This document shows, one piece after another, positions 22,801-37,800 of a stretch of 64,000 nucleotides of DNA (positions are counted from its first letter, which is position 1; the number at the start of each line of letters is the position of its first letter). Source of the DNA: Tubulanus polymorphus (lineage: Eukaryota; Animalia; Nemertea); NCBI RefSeq assembly GCF_964204645.1, contig NC_134028.1:18235653-18299652 (forward strand), in the 5' to 3' direction. A program made the translations under genes and the position numbers. The notes below the pieces were generated by a model. That model was not told the origin of the DNA. It ran no database searches and saw only the letters and a program-made list of their open reading frames with translations.

Positions 22801-25800
22801 GGCCAAAACCAGGTCGGGAGGCCTTAATCTCTCCGGCTCTCAAGGAATTGGCCGAGAAGAGAGCGATAGAACCAGTTTGCAACAAAACTTCTCCTGGCTG
22901 GTTTTCTCGAATATTCATGGTACCAAAGGCCACAGGGGGTCAATGGACAGTGATAGATCTGTCATCCCTCAATCGGCACCTAGACATTCCAAGGTTCCAG
23001 ATAACCAAGGACGTGATTCAAGGGCTCCGTCCGGGTCAATGGGCGGCTTCGTTGGACCTGAAAGATGCTTACTTTCAGGTTCCAATTCACCCAAAATCTC
23101 GGCGATTTCTCAGGATAAAGTGGAAAGGCCGCCAGTTCCAATTCAGGTCTCTTCCATTTGGCCTCAGTACGGCCCCGTGGGTTTTCACCAAGTTGGTCAA
23201 GTCAGTTCAGAAGGTACTTCAGTCAAGGGGTGTTCGACTGTTCGTTTACCTCGACGACTGGTTAAAAGTCGCGAATTCGGCTCAGGAATGTCGGGAGGCA
23301 ATGAACTCAGTCTTGGACTTAGTCCAACAGCTTGTTACTGGTCACGGCTTCTAGGCTCCATCAGCTGCATGGGTCTGGTGGTGCCCTTAGGCCGCCTCAA
23401 AAGCAGGCGCTTGCAACAATATTGGAAGGTCTTCTGGTCTCAGTCGAAGGGCAACTGGGAGGCCTTGATTCCCGTACCTCGAACCGATCCGGATCTTCAG
23501 TGGTGGGCGGCAACTACGAATCTTCGGCTCGGGGTGTCACTAGCCCCGTTAGAGGCTCCAGTTCGTGTATTCACGGATGCCAGTCACCAAGGATGGGGGG
23601 CACATCTGGAGAACCGAGTCAAAGCCGGGAGATGGTCTCGCTACGAGGCGACCAACCACATAAATTTCCTAGAAATGCTGGCCGTGCGGAAGGCCCTGAA
23701 GTACTTTCACAGGAGAGTGGAGGGCAACCACGTTTGGTTAGCCACAGACAATTCAACAGTGAGGGCTTACCTTCAGAACCAAGGGGGCACTCACTCAGAA
23801 ACCCTCACAGGTCTGTCGGCCAAAATTCTTCTTCGGTGCCAGACAAAGGGCGTGTCCCTGACTGTGGCACATTTAGCAGGGAAAAGGAACGTGATGGCCG
23901 ATGCTCTGTCTCGTCGAGGTCAGGCTATTGCGACAGAATCGGTTCTCCACCAAGAAGTAGGCGATCGGGTTCGGGGCATGTTTGGCAATCCGCTGCTGGA
24001 TCTGTTTGCCACCCGGTTCAATCGGAGGTGTCCTCTGTTTGTGTCCCCGTTTCCAGACGCGGAAGCGTGGGGGGTCGTTGGCTTCTCTCTGGACTGGTCG
24101 GGGATGCATGCGTATGCGTTCCCGCCCACACCAGTCCTGCCGCGCTTACTGGATCAAATAGAGAGATCAGTCAATTGCAACATAGTTCTGGTAGCACCAT
24201 GTAGGCCGGCTCAGAAATGGTTCCTACCACTTCTCAACCTACTGTGCGACAACCCCAGGATTCTTCCGAATTTCCCATCGCTTCTGTCTCAGGGGAACTT
24301 TCGGCATCATCCAAACAGCCAGAGGTTAAATCTGCTTGCCTGGCCATTGTCCAGCGATCCTTGTCAGCTTCAGGCTTTTCAGAACAGGCTGCCTCCTTTA
24401 TCGCAGGATCTAAGCGGCCATCAACAAGTACCATTTACGATGCCAAATGGAGTCATTTTGCGGATTGGTGTGCTGCAGGGGAAATTGATCCATGCTCACC
24501 CTCTGAAGCTCAATTGGCAGATTTTTTACTGCACCTATTTGTAGTAAAAGGTTAGCAGGTCATAACTATTAAAGGTTACCGCTCCGCGATTTCTCATACA
24601 TTGCGTGCTTCTGGATGGCCAAATGTAGCAGGGGATCATCGGATATCCCAGCTGGTTGCAGGGTTTTCTATTTCCCGGCCTCGGGTACCAAGGACAGTTC
24701 CGCCATGGGATCTGTCTGTAATTTTGAAGAAGTTAATGGAGGCTCCATTTGAACCTCTTTCGGCAGCGTCATTTGCAAATTTGTCAAAAAAGACTGTATT
24801 TTTGCTGTTCTTGGCTTGCTCGGCCCGTCGCTCTGAGATTCATGCGCTTTCAGTCCGACAAGGTCATATTGTCTTTGGGCCAGCGAAGGAATTTGTTTCG
24901 CTGCGGCCTGCTTTGGAATTTTTGGCAAAGAACCAACGACCAGGCTCAGTTGGGCGTCAATGGCGAATTGAAGCCCTAAAACATCGAGTGGAACCGGCAT
25001 CCCGGACAGGTCTTTATGTCCTGTGCGGGCGTTGTGTTTCTATTTAGATCGCTCTGCTTCACGGAGGGGTTCATGGGAGCGGTTATTTATTCCGCTGCTG
25101 GATCACCTAAAGGGTGATATTTCACGGGACACAGTGGCCCGATGGGTCTCTTCACTGATCAAGGACATTTTATTGAAGGAGAATCTTTCCTCGGAGGGAG
25201 TGGTTTCTCATCAAGTGAGGTCTATGGCTACTTCCTGCGCAGCCTTTTCGGGTGCTCCGTTGGAGGAAGTCTGTCGGGCCGCCTTTTGGAATTCTCCATC
25301 GACATTCACGTCATTTTATTTACGGGATGTTTCAGAAGAGGTAGGCTCATTAGCTTCACTTGGTCCTGTTGTCATGGCTCAAGGTGTCCGTTCTTTCCGA
25401 TCGGACCCTTTAGTGTAGAATAATTATGTTGCATTATCAGGATCACAGGGGGTGTATCCTTGTACATAGTTTGGGCTCATATCTGCAAGTTTTAATTTCA
25501 CAAAATTCTGGGGGGGCCCTGAGCTGGACGGACTCACTGTGGCCAACCGGTCTTCCCTGTGCTACAGTGCTCCATTCCGTGCTTGGGTAAGTGCTCTCTT
25601 TTTCCCTCTTACCTTGCGTTTGAGCGGTGGTTTTTCTATCTACCTTTCCCACCATCCTTGTGCTAGGCTAGTCTAGCAAAAACCATAGGAAAGGGTACAG
25701 TACTCGACGGAAATATTACAATTTTTGGAACTAAAATTTGTATTTCCGAGTAGTACTTACCCTTTCCTATGGTGGGAATCCCGCCCACCTGCCCCGCATA

Positions 25801-28800
25801 GCTGTTTTTTTTTTGGTCTGCTATGACGTAAAAAGATGGCGGATTTCGCCGGTGGCTTAATGCAATACCGCAGGGCCGGGCCGTATAGAAAGACCATTGG
25901 CGATCAATCCAAATTTAGAAAATATTGGCAAAAACCATAGGAAAGGGTAAGTCCTACTCGGAAATACAAATTTTAGTTCCAAAAATTGTAATTTTTTTTG
26001 GATCCAGTTCGAACCCAGAGTCAGAGATACAGTGTCCCATGAACGTGATTCTTGGTAGCCTAAGTTCGAGTTTGTCTACGTTCAACTGGATACCTTTATC
26101 ACGACAACGTTTCAGTAATGCTTCAAGGTTTCGATCATGCGTTTCAGTATCCTTTCCGTGTACTACGATGTCATCAGCTATGCATTCGACCCCTCCTAGG
26201 CCATCGATTGCTTCAAGAATCTCTTCTGGAAGATCTCTGATGACACTGATAATCCAAAAGCTAAACGACGCCATTTATATCTCCCGAATGGCGTCTGAAA
26301 AGTGGTAAGTAGACTCGAAGGTTCATCCAACTCAACATGCCAGTAGGCAGAGCTGACATCTAATTTAGAGAACACCTTCGACCCAGCCATATTGTGAAGT
26401 GTGTCTTCCAACACCGGCAGTTGGTAATGTTTATGTTTTAGTGCGCGATTTAGGTTTCGAGGGTCTAGACATATACATAGAGATCCGTTCTTCTTCTCCG
26501 CGACGACCATCTGATTCACCCACAGGGTGGGTTCATTGACCGGTTCAATTACGCCCATTTTAGAGAGGCGTTGCAATTCATCTGAGGACGAAGGGCTACA
26601 GGTATTCGCCGTGACGGAGAAACGACTGGTTCCACCGCTTCATCAACCTTCAGATGGACGGGCCCTGGCAGTTTGCCCAGTTTCTCCTCAAACACATCTG
26701 AATATTTATGGGTTACCCCGACACAGGCTACTCGTTCCATAAGGCTGTTGTTAACCATTACAAGTTTCATCCCTTCAGCGGCCTTCAGACCCAGTAAGGG
26801 TGATAGGTCTTCTTTTATTACGACAAATTCGACGGAGTAGCATTTCCGGTTCTTAGGGTTCTTAACAACAACACGGGATACACCGAGCGGTGTGACGACT
26901 TCCTCATCATACATCTTCAATTTGCGTATAGTAGGCTTCAGCTCACTAGCATATAGTATATAGTATACAGCACACTGTATAGCATAACGTAATGGTAGAA
27001 TATTTACAGCAGCCCCGGTGTCCACTTGGAAAATGACCGGCTGTGTCCCTACCATCATATGACATCGCACTTCACTCGAGGATTTACAAGTCGAGGAAAC
27101 ACTGTTGATCCACTCATCGTGTTGTCCGAACAAGAATTAGTATCAACTACGTTCACTTGTTTCGGCTTCGGACATTTTGCCGCAAAATGATTTTCTCCTT
27201 TACAGTTATTGCAAGATTTTCCCCATGCTGGACAGTCTGTCTTCTTCATTGCGTGTCGTTGATCACAAAACTTACACGTCCGGATCGAACCAGTTTTCGA
27301 TTGTCTCTCACCTGACTGTGGTAGGGCGCTGTGGTGATCGACCGCTGTTATATTGAATTACTTTCGGTTTTGGTCTCAAGTAGGACGATACATGATTTAT
27401 CGGCTCATTTCGGAATTCTTTCCCATGTGCCTCAGCAGTTTCAGCAGACTCGACTATATCTATAGCCTTCGACAAAGTAAGATGCCGTTCTTTCAGGAGC
27501 GCTTTCTGAGTATCAGAGTCTTGTATGCCAGGAACGACGCGATCACGGAGTATAGAATCAACGCTGTCAACATGATAGTTACACGTTTCTATCATCGATC
27601 GAATTGCAGACAGGAACACCCCAAACGATTCATCCGGAAGTTGGTCCCTCTTATTAAATAGGAATCTTTCGTACGTTTCGTTAGTTTCACCCACTGCAAA
27701 GTTACGAAATTTCTCTAGAATCTCGGATTCTGTTCGCTGGGCTTCCTGAGTGGCAAAGGTAAACCCATTATATACCTTTAGTAACTCATCTCCAAGGGTG
27801 TGTAGCAATAGTGCTACTTTATATTCGCTATTCTGATCATAAAGTCTGGTGATTATGGAATAATTTCGCCATTTCTGGTGGAAAACCTTCCAGTTTTGCG
27901 CTGCATTGCAAGTCAGATCTGGAGGCTGAGGTGGTTTAATGCCTGGTATGGGACGAGGAATTGGATCACTCTCATCACGATGAGGTATCGTATTACTACC
28001 GTTCTCAGCCATCTTCGGAGAGAGTCAGTTCACACGTCACACAAACAACAGGTGATGACGTGGCGCAGTAGAGGTAGTATAGTATACACAGTACGATGTT
28101 GGTAGCTGATAGTTTTTCACTCACTGGCTATTATCGGATCCCACCGCTGCCACCATGTTTCGTGTCATCTGTGATGGAGAACAGACCCATAAAACCGGAA
28201 CTATAACGACTTCTTAGATGCAACGGGACTTTATTAATCAGCCATCTTAGAGTACATACTATAGTCCGGATACGGACTCAGGATAAATCACGGAACATAA
28301 AGTAAAACGATGGAAATTTGACCTATGGGTCTGAAATTCAATTGACTTTCCTCCCAAATATTACCATAAAGGTCTGTCTGATATTCAAATTATTGACTTT
28401 GAGAGAAATATTCCCACTTCTTTATTATCATATTCTGAGGTTGGCATTAAAATCAAATATGCTATTGAACCAGCCAATAAGGAAAAAATTTGGGTTTTGG
28501 TTCCAGACATCTCAGCTAATGCAAAATCTGATTGATGTTTGAGAAGGAGCTCCATAGCAACTCACTGACCATTGCTACAATTGCCAGCAGAATTATGTAA
28601 ATATACCAGCTGGATGCTTTTTATCGTATACCGTATTTTCCGGTGTATAAGTCGAGTTTTTGAGACCAAAAATCATGTCCAAAAAACGTAGGTCGACTTA
28701 TACACCGGCTACACTTTCGATATCGTTTTAAACTGACGATGTTTAGAGTTCAAGGTCGCCACGATGAAATGGAATATTAATTTATGTTAGGCTACACTCA

Positions 28801-31800
28801 TATACCAATTAGAATTTAGGATGTTGATAAAAATAGTTTCCTATAGTTTGGAAATGTTTCAAAATTAACTAATGTTAAAAATCAAAAGAGAAAGAAAACC
28901 GCGTATATTCATTGTACAGTGTTTATATTAGCTGCGATGCTGTGGCAGCGTGCCAATAATCAATACACAGTCAGTCTAATACTAGACTACAGGCGCGCGG
29001 CATTCAACGTATACACTATATACATTCAACACGTGGATACAAACAATGAGCACTAATCCGGTAATTTGATATCACAGAAACAACAGATCCCAATGATCTA
29101 ATAATGCAAACATTGGTAAAGACTCTCAACTACTATGAGAATGACATCGGCACTGTTTTCAATGTGACATATGTAAACACATGAAGAAGCGACTCGACTT
29201 ACACCGACTATAGCCCTAGCACAACTTTTTAAACTGAAAATTTGACCTCGACTTATACACCGGGTCAACTTGTACACCGGAAAATACGGTAAGCTGTTAA
29301 GTAATTGTCTTCACTGGGAATGGTTTTACTTGGAACAAAACGTTTTTCTGGATAAAATTTGTAATTACTTTCTATTTATTTTTACATTGCATTTACTTTG
29401 TACATCTTGTTATAATTTACAGGAAATAAACATATATGAAACAGTTTCAAATAGATTTGTTATAATAAGGTACACTGTCCCCCAAAATTCGAAGAAAATT
29501 GGACCACAAAGAAGAAAGTTACAAAAAAGTATTTTCTTGATTTTTTATGGGTTTTGTCGTCAGACGAACCCATCTATGGCATCGTCGTGATGTCTGTCTG
29601 TCTGTCTGTGGATGTTTCTATATGACACGATTTTAGCTGTTTGTGTCGACCAATTTTTCTGTAAATTGGCACATATATTTTCTACATGGTGTACACAGTG
29701 CAGCTTGGTTTATATTTGATTCTGATGTTTATAAATGCTCAAATTTGGTTATAAAATAATCAACGTTACTCATTAGTTCAAGCCGCTGTAGCGCGTTGCT
29801 ACAGTGATGCTCAATACACTCGCTGTACCTGTAACACAGAACAAGTATATAATAGTACATAGCTGATCAAGTCTAACGCCTCGCGATATTCAACTTTAAT
29901 GCTGAGAGACTCGGGAGTGCTCCGTACACAATAACACAGTGTAGAACTTGTGGTTTTCGAATAAGGTTGGATCATCCGTTGCAGTTCCAGACAGTCACTA
30001 CTCATTACCGTCAAAACCAGCGTAAATTATTTAGCCTGCTGAGATTTCAGTCGCAATTATATCCGACTTTAATGAGTACGGGAGCTTCAATCACAGTCGC
30101 AAGAAATATTGATAACGAAGTCAAAGTTTTATTACATATTCCACGAAACAAATGCCTTTATGATGAAATCTGTTTATTTCATAGTTTAGAAAAACTTACT
30201 ATTTAAACACCGAAATAATGTCAGCGCACCAGGGCCCACCAGCCTTATTCCGCAGTAAAAACCTCACGCAGTTAATGCGGAGATCTGTAGTCTGAGCAAC
30301 GCTGAAAACTGTTCTTAAGTGATTAGATATGGTATAAAGTGTCATCAGTTGAACTTGTTTCTATGTCCTTACGTTATGTCCTACGTTAGCAATAGTGTTT
30401 GGAGCCCCATTATCTGTACGTAGGCCTATCTTGTTTGCAACACTGACGATTTTGATTCTTTTTTCTAGTGCACGACGCGAAGCAATAGCATTGTCATTGT
30501 ATCAATTTTTAGTAATAAGTAACGTTTCCCACGGAGCAGATTAGTGTATTTGCATGCATCAACAGATCCACATTTGAATTGTCGAATGGTTTTGCGAAGA
30601 TGTGGTGTCACATTTAAAAACGTTTTTAGCTTAGACCTAAATTGCTTTACTATTAAAAATTATCCTACTTAAAAACTATTGAAAGCCACATTCACTTGAT
30701 GGACTTGACAACAGTAACCGGCCGGCCTGGTTTAATATGTACTGCTATCAAACAGATCATCTATTCTTCTATGGTAAGATGTAACATTGATCAAAGAGCA
30801 CAGTGTTTTCTCCTTGTTGACTATGCTTGACATAATTTTACATCATGTGTTTGACACTTGAATCACCATGACTGGTTTGAGCTGGAAATTATGTAAAAAT
30901 ATTTGAAGCCTATAATTTAGATTTTCATTGATTGTTTCTTGATTCATGTATTTTAAAGTACTTGAAAGATTTTAAACCAGGAAATAATAAGCTTAGATTA
31001 ATTCCATAGGCTAGATTAACCTTATAATCTACAAGTACTCAATCTGGTATTGAACCCCTTACAAAAAATCACACATGTGATTTTTTTAAAAACACGTGTG
31101 ATTCACATGTTTAAAAATGGGACATTATCACACGTTGTGATTTTGTCCCATTTTTACACATGTGAATCACACTTGTGATACAGCCCTGAACACATGTGAT
31201 CTGCAGTCATCCTCATTGTTCCAGCTCCGCACGACTGTATTCAAGAAGAAGTATAAGTACACATTCATAATGGTCAAAATTTGACCACTTCTTTCATTGG
31301 ACATGATGTTTCATCCATACTTCACAATTTTCTAAAAACTCATTGCCTGAAAGGAGATCCCCATAGAGGCAAAACAAAATAAAGTTTCAAAATTACCAAC
31401 GAAATGTAATAACTCACTTGTGTAAGCTTACATATTAATGGGAATTTTATTTTCAAATATTTACAGATTTACTTCGTCAATTTATACTGTTTCAGCATTT
31501 GTCCAATCTTCTTTCTAATTTGGGCCGCCGTAACCCCCAATCTACAATTCAGAACATGATCTGGAATGAGACAAAATTATAAAACACTTAAATACTACAC
31601 ACAATTCCAAACAATTCCAATCAATAAATCAATAACCCTAATATCAATCATTTGATAAAAACATTATTAAGTGAAACATGACAAAAATAAACGGCGCTAT
31701 TGTAACACTAGCTTATAACTTTTTTCAATCAACACTTACCATAACAGGACTCAAAACCTCTTTTTCAGTAATTTGTTCCGGCTGAGTGTATACGTTTCAT

Positions 31801-34800
31801 TCTCCATGTAGATAAATTACTACTCGAGGAAATGTACTGACTCCATAGATTAATAACGGAAAATTCCATTGTAAATGATTCATTCAAATGTAGAAAGAAT
31901 TGGCAAATACTGTTCAATACCGGCTGATCATTCAGTTTAGGAATTATACAGTAGGCTTATAGTATGCAAACGAGTGTCTTTTTCCTGGACATATCGTGAT
32001 TTAAAAATAGTTCATGGTGTAATCTAGGCCTACTTGTAAGCATGGACATGTTGTACTTTGCATGCATCAATAAATGAAATATTTGTAATGCATCAATCAT
32101 GTCCATGAAATAAAGTTTGGATGAATTTGATTTAATTGATTGATTGGTACACGCCACTGATTTTACCGATTACAGTACATTCAATTAACATCATCGACGA
32201 TAAATATTTGATGAAACACAATAATACTTGCTTTTGAGCTTGGATTCAAACACCAGACTTTTCGAACTAAGATATTAACCATGAAAATTGATTAAAAACA
32301 GCAACGACTATCCTCGAAATAATTGCAAATGGCGCCGTGCGTGCCTGCACGCTCATTCCTGTTCCTTTGCTAGCCGTCGTCAACGGTTCGAATCCCGTAA
32401 ATACCTGCTGATTTTTCGAAGTCGTTTTTGAATATTTATATTTTTTTAAGAACTCAACAGAGAGTGTAAAAACATATCATAACCTTATTTTATTTATTAA
32501 GCCGAATGAAAATACAAACTCGATAGTCCGTGGACATTCGTACTTGGTTTTTGCACAGTAGGGGCGCCAGTGTTAGATAAAATCTAACCATGTGTTGAAA
32601 ATGTTGAAATAATGAGTTCAGTTATGGAAATATTCTTATTCCAACATGGATTCTATGACAAAAATGCAGATGTTCATAATTTGGAACCAACATGGGAATG
32701 GTTCATATCCGAAATATTCACACTGTGTTGCAGATTGGAATAACTGATGTTAATCACATGTGTTATTCTAATGACATGTGTGATCCTAGCGGTTACACAT
32801 GTGATCTGTGTTGTTGAGCCAATCACATGTATGAATCACACATGTATTTCTCAATCACACATGTATTTCAGAATCGCACATGTGATCATGTGTTATTCAC
32901 ACATGTGATATGCTCCACAACACAGATCACACATGTGATAGCTGGAATCACATGTGTTTTCTGTGTCTTTCACACCCTTCACACATGTTATGTGTGTTAT
33001 TCACACACATAACATGTGTGAATTTTTTGTAAGGGACGATTCATCATCATAAAAGCACTGAACAAAGGGAAACATTGTAAATTTATCAGCACTGAACTGT
33101 CCACCTATGTAAGAATGGGGGAATCTTCCTGTGATTACATGTACCGGTATAGAAAAATGGCAGCTTGATTTAGTTCTACATAATTTATAGATGGAGGCTG
33201 CGGATAAGCTGAGTCGGACAGATCAATTCAAAAAGGATTTATTACTTCCATGTAATAGAATAAAATGCGTTGCCAATAATAACAATGTCTACTAGAAATC
33301 TTGTACTGCTGCAATCATAGGCTACAGTTCAGACCGATTAGATAAATAAGGAGTTATGACTTCCATATAACAGTATAATGAATGAAGACTACCTATTATC
33401 GCTACTTTGTAGCTGTATATAAACAGGGCCGTAGCAGCCATAGTGGCCAAAGCGCCCATGACTTCTACACTTTTTTGGCCGATTAAGATAATAACATAAT
33501 TGTACAAGCCATTGAGGGCCCATCGACGTAGGCCCTATTGCTGTTGATGGCACATTTCATTGATTTTCATTGGCGCGGATGGTATAAAAAGTAAAAAGTA
33601 GACGCACTAAGTTCGTATAAGGTACTGTTTAAAAGTAACAAGCTGTTGAATTAGGAGGGGTAATTGAATAGAGCTATAGTCCAGATGTCATGTTTTTCAC
33701 CTTACATATGTTGTATACATTCCTTGGGCTGCAGAGGTTTTGTCTTCTTAACAGATTGTGCTATTCTTTTCTAGGGCCGTATTAACATCGCTGATGGAGC
33801 TGTTTTAGATTTTGAGCAGATGAAAATGTACAATCTCCGAGTAACTGCCACTGATAATCCGAATAATGCTGGTACAAACAACAGACGACAAACATCAGTG
33901 CCGGTAATTTCAAATCCTCAATATCTGAAGGAATTTTTATGAAATGCCGGTCTATGAAGCCATCATAAATCCATTTATTGTGCATGTATGACATGTTGTC
34001 GGATCACGTAGGAAGAATCCATTTGCCTTTGGAGAATCCACCTTACAACATTGGTTATTGGTGGCCATGATTATTCTTTAAAATACCTATTTAGGCAACT
34101 ATCTTATGTACAAATCGTTGGTGAGATTTTTTAGTTATGTAGGGGAACCCAATTGATTAAGGAGATTAAGAACTGGCCACCAGTCAACCATCGTGTAGGG
34201 TGGCCACCCTACACCCTACACGATTGTTGACTGGTGGCCAGTTCTTCAAGGTTACTATGCATTTTGTGTGATTGTTTTGATAAGTTACTGACAATAAAAA
34301 TGGACTGTAGGTTTTGCTGATTAGATGTTATTGTTATCTCCTGTATATGTTCAAAGGCAAGGTCTCAGAAAGTTTTTTCCTGACTAAAGAGCAAAAACGG
34401 TTTCGAAATAACTGAGTGAAATTTGAGGAACTGAGGGTAACTGATAGGATTTCGGGTTCTTTTGGTCAAAGGTCAAGGTCACAGAAAGCCATTTTGTATT
34501 ATTTGGATCATATACCAAGGGTTTATTTTACACACGGACAGTTCATGCGATGTACCATAGAAGCGATAATAAAATACTAATTTTCTAATAAATGAAAAAA
34601 GTTTATTAACACAAATGTTTTCGGGATTACATCCCCTCATCAGGTGAAATACAAGTGAATCAAATGATTTTTATTGTTATCGCTTCCATGGTAATTATAG
34701 AATGATTTCCCTACCTTCCAATCCAAAAAAAAAATTAGCGGATTGTAACCATACATATATTTAGTTTTGGCCTTATAACAAAGACAGATTGTGATGCCTG

Positions 34801-37800
34801 GAACTTTAACAATTCATAATAACATTGACTCAGATATGAGATCATTTTATAATGAAGATTTGGTCTTCGTGTAAAGTAGTTTGCATTTCTTTCAGGTAAA
34901 TATTAGAGTGATTGATTTCAATGACGTCACTCCTCATTTTGAGGAATCTGAATATACAATGCGTACATTAGAGACGGTAAAAGCTCAGACTTCAATTGGA
35001 CGTGTTTTGGCGTTAGACGAAGATGGTGGATTGAACGGACAGATCATGTACTACATTTTAAATAGAGATGACAAGAGTAAGTTGATGTGTTCTGTCACTG
35101 TTAGTCAGGTCAATATAACTCAAAATTGGGCTTAACGGGGAATAAATTGCAATAAAAGGTTTTTTAGGATCAACTGTGTCGATCCTTATAGAATGGTCCT
35201 GAGAGTAACTCTCCGTTAGCTCTTGGTTGCACAAATTGTAAGCAATGGATATGCACAACTGTTATATAATGCGCAAAACTTCACAGAATTTTTCCCCATT
35301 CTACTAATCAATGCTTGTCCTTGTTTCCTGACATCACAGGGAAAGCCCTTCAGAAGGGTATCACTTAGAAATCCCTCTGGAAGGGCCTTCCCAGCAGTGA
35401 CATCATTATCACGAACTGTTCTACCATGTACTTGTGACTCAAAGGGAAAACCTGTTACTATGTTTTATCATCATAGTTGAACATGCTTACTACACAGACT
35501 ACTATAATTTCATCTTTATCGGCTGTTTATACGTTATTGCAAATCCAAGAACAAATCGATTTTAGTGCTCAAAACTGTCACTAGCCATAGCTAGCTAAGT
35601 CGTGTGAGAAAAGAATGACCTTGAAGCCTTGACTTCCGTATTACAACTGCTTATATATTTTATTCTACACTAAAAAGATACATTATTTAACTGCGCATGC
35701 GCTGGGGGATAGAGACGTGGATGACACCGGGTTATCTAGAGTTTGCGTTAAAGGATTGAATAACCGCAATGCCTGACTGAAAGTGAACTGATAAGGAGAG
35801 TTGAGAGATAAGGATAAGGAGATCCTACATTTCCTACATCTTGCCCTACATTTCCCATTGCCTGTTTTCACATGGGCGGCTCTTATGAAACCATCCAGCC
35901 CCAGTAGTAATGATGTTATAATGCCAAGTTTCCATTTTTGACGGGGTAGATCCCTGTCATATATGACCACGATATCGCTGATTTTGTTTTTGTGTTTGCC
36001 GTAGAATTTCGTTTTTTTATTTCTTGGCTATGCCATTCTCTTAGAGCGGGTAAGTACTCATTTCCGAACCTTCGTTGAAAGTGACAGAGTAATTGTGATC
36101 TACGGTGTGCCATTTTCTGTAGTTGTTCGTTAGTTTGACCAAATTCTGGATCAAATACCGTAAAAACCGGCATATAAATCTATGCGGCATATAGGTCGAG
36201 GTCGATTTTTAGACCTACATTTCATGATTTTAACATATATCCGGCTTATAAGTCGAGTCCCTTCTCTTAGAAGAATAATTACTTGTATCATTATGTTGAA
36301 TAGTTTGTTTTGATAACGATGTGCACCTTCACGCACGCCGCTGCGCGTCAGCCTGATTGCTGCTGTGTGTTAATCAATAGACTGTTACACACGCACTCAG
36401 GTATGATACACTACCATACAGTGATATAGTAGTGTGAGTCACACGCTATATATATCCTAATGTATTAAGCGCTGCTATGAGCGCGCATATATGAATACAT
36501 CGTTTTAAATGAAGCTGTGTCAAAATGAAAGAAGTTTTTTTCATTAAATTACTTTATTTTTCATGAATAATTATTCAAACTGTTATAGCTGTGAGAAGAT
36601 GAACACTGTCTTTTTTGTCTGGTAGAATCAATATTTCTTGTGACCTGAAAATACTTAGTAGAAATCTGTACTCGGCGTATGAGTCGAGGTCAATAATTTA
36701 GTGGTAAAATCAAGGATTAAAAACTCGACTTATACGCCGGTTTTTACGGTATATCTTTTTGGTCTAATTCTTCATTAGGTATTAATGAAATTTCACGACC
36801 AAACAATAGCTGGTTTGGTGTAAGGGGCTGGAGGTTGTTTACCTATTTTTCTTATAGCTATCTTGATGATTCCAACACACCTTTTTATGGTCTCTGAGAT
36901 CTATAAAGATTTGATGTAAAATTAAGGGGGTTATGATGGGTTATGATCTACCGTTTTACTTCCGGGTTTTATTTAATAATCTAAAATGGTATTTCAATAT
37001 CGATTTCTGTGAAATCTTCAGTTGATTTGGTTTTTGGGAGGAATATTTTCATTTGCACTACAGAAAATATTTCTCAAATAGGTAGGATGATCTTGATATG
37101 CTAATTAGCCATGTGCTCAAACTGCAAATTTAATCAAATGTTATTCTGCAAAAAAATATCAAATCCAATTCAATTTTACTGTATTGAATTGTTTTATTGA
37201 GCAAATTACAGAAAATTCAATTCTATTCCGCATTCAAATCAATTAGACCAAGGGAAAAGATTTATCTGAGGTATTTGTTCCTGCCAGCTCCAGTCGCTGT
37301 CTGTGCTACTCATGAAAACATGATTGAATTGTGTTAGCCAGGTATTGACTAGTCTATGAGCTGGGAGTGTATTTGGACAAATTTAACCCACAGAATGCAT
37401 CATTTGCCATTTTATGAAAAGCTAACAGGCTGGCCATAGTGCCCTTGGGGCTCTTGTTTTATATTCGAATGAAATTAATTATAACTATTGACAAATCTTT
37501 TTGCCGAGAAAATAGCTGCTGCTTCAAGGATTCGAAACCACTTTAAATCGTTTGTTAGAAGATTTCAGCCACCAATCAGAATCTTCGCTACATTTGTTAT
37601 AAATCAAACATGGCTTCCACATCAAACTGATTGATTAATTTTTGCTAGATTCTAGTCCCAAGAATTTCCCAGATGCCTTGGAAATTGCCTCAAATTTTAG
37701 AGGCAATTTGAAACCCCTCTTCGGCTTTGCACGGCACGGTGCTTGCAAGGGCAGAATGAGGTCAAATTGATTTCCGACTTTTTGGTTACTACTGGTGGGA

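Noticed and set aside
23990-24130. DNA adenine methyltransferase-like motif (DLFA...YAFPP) as a novel defence gene
   Set aside because: This MT-like domain is a known standard part of DIRS1-type pol
23332-24204. Long overlapping ORF in DIRS as a separate novel gene
   Set aside because: Overlapping frames are typical of DIRS; it is probably the N-terminal extension of the YR ORF
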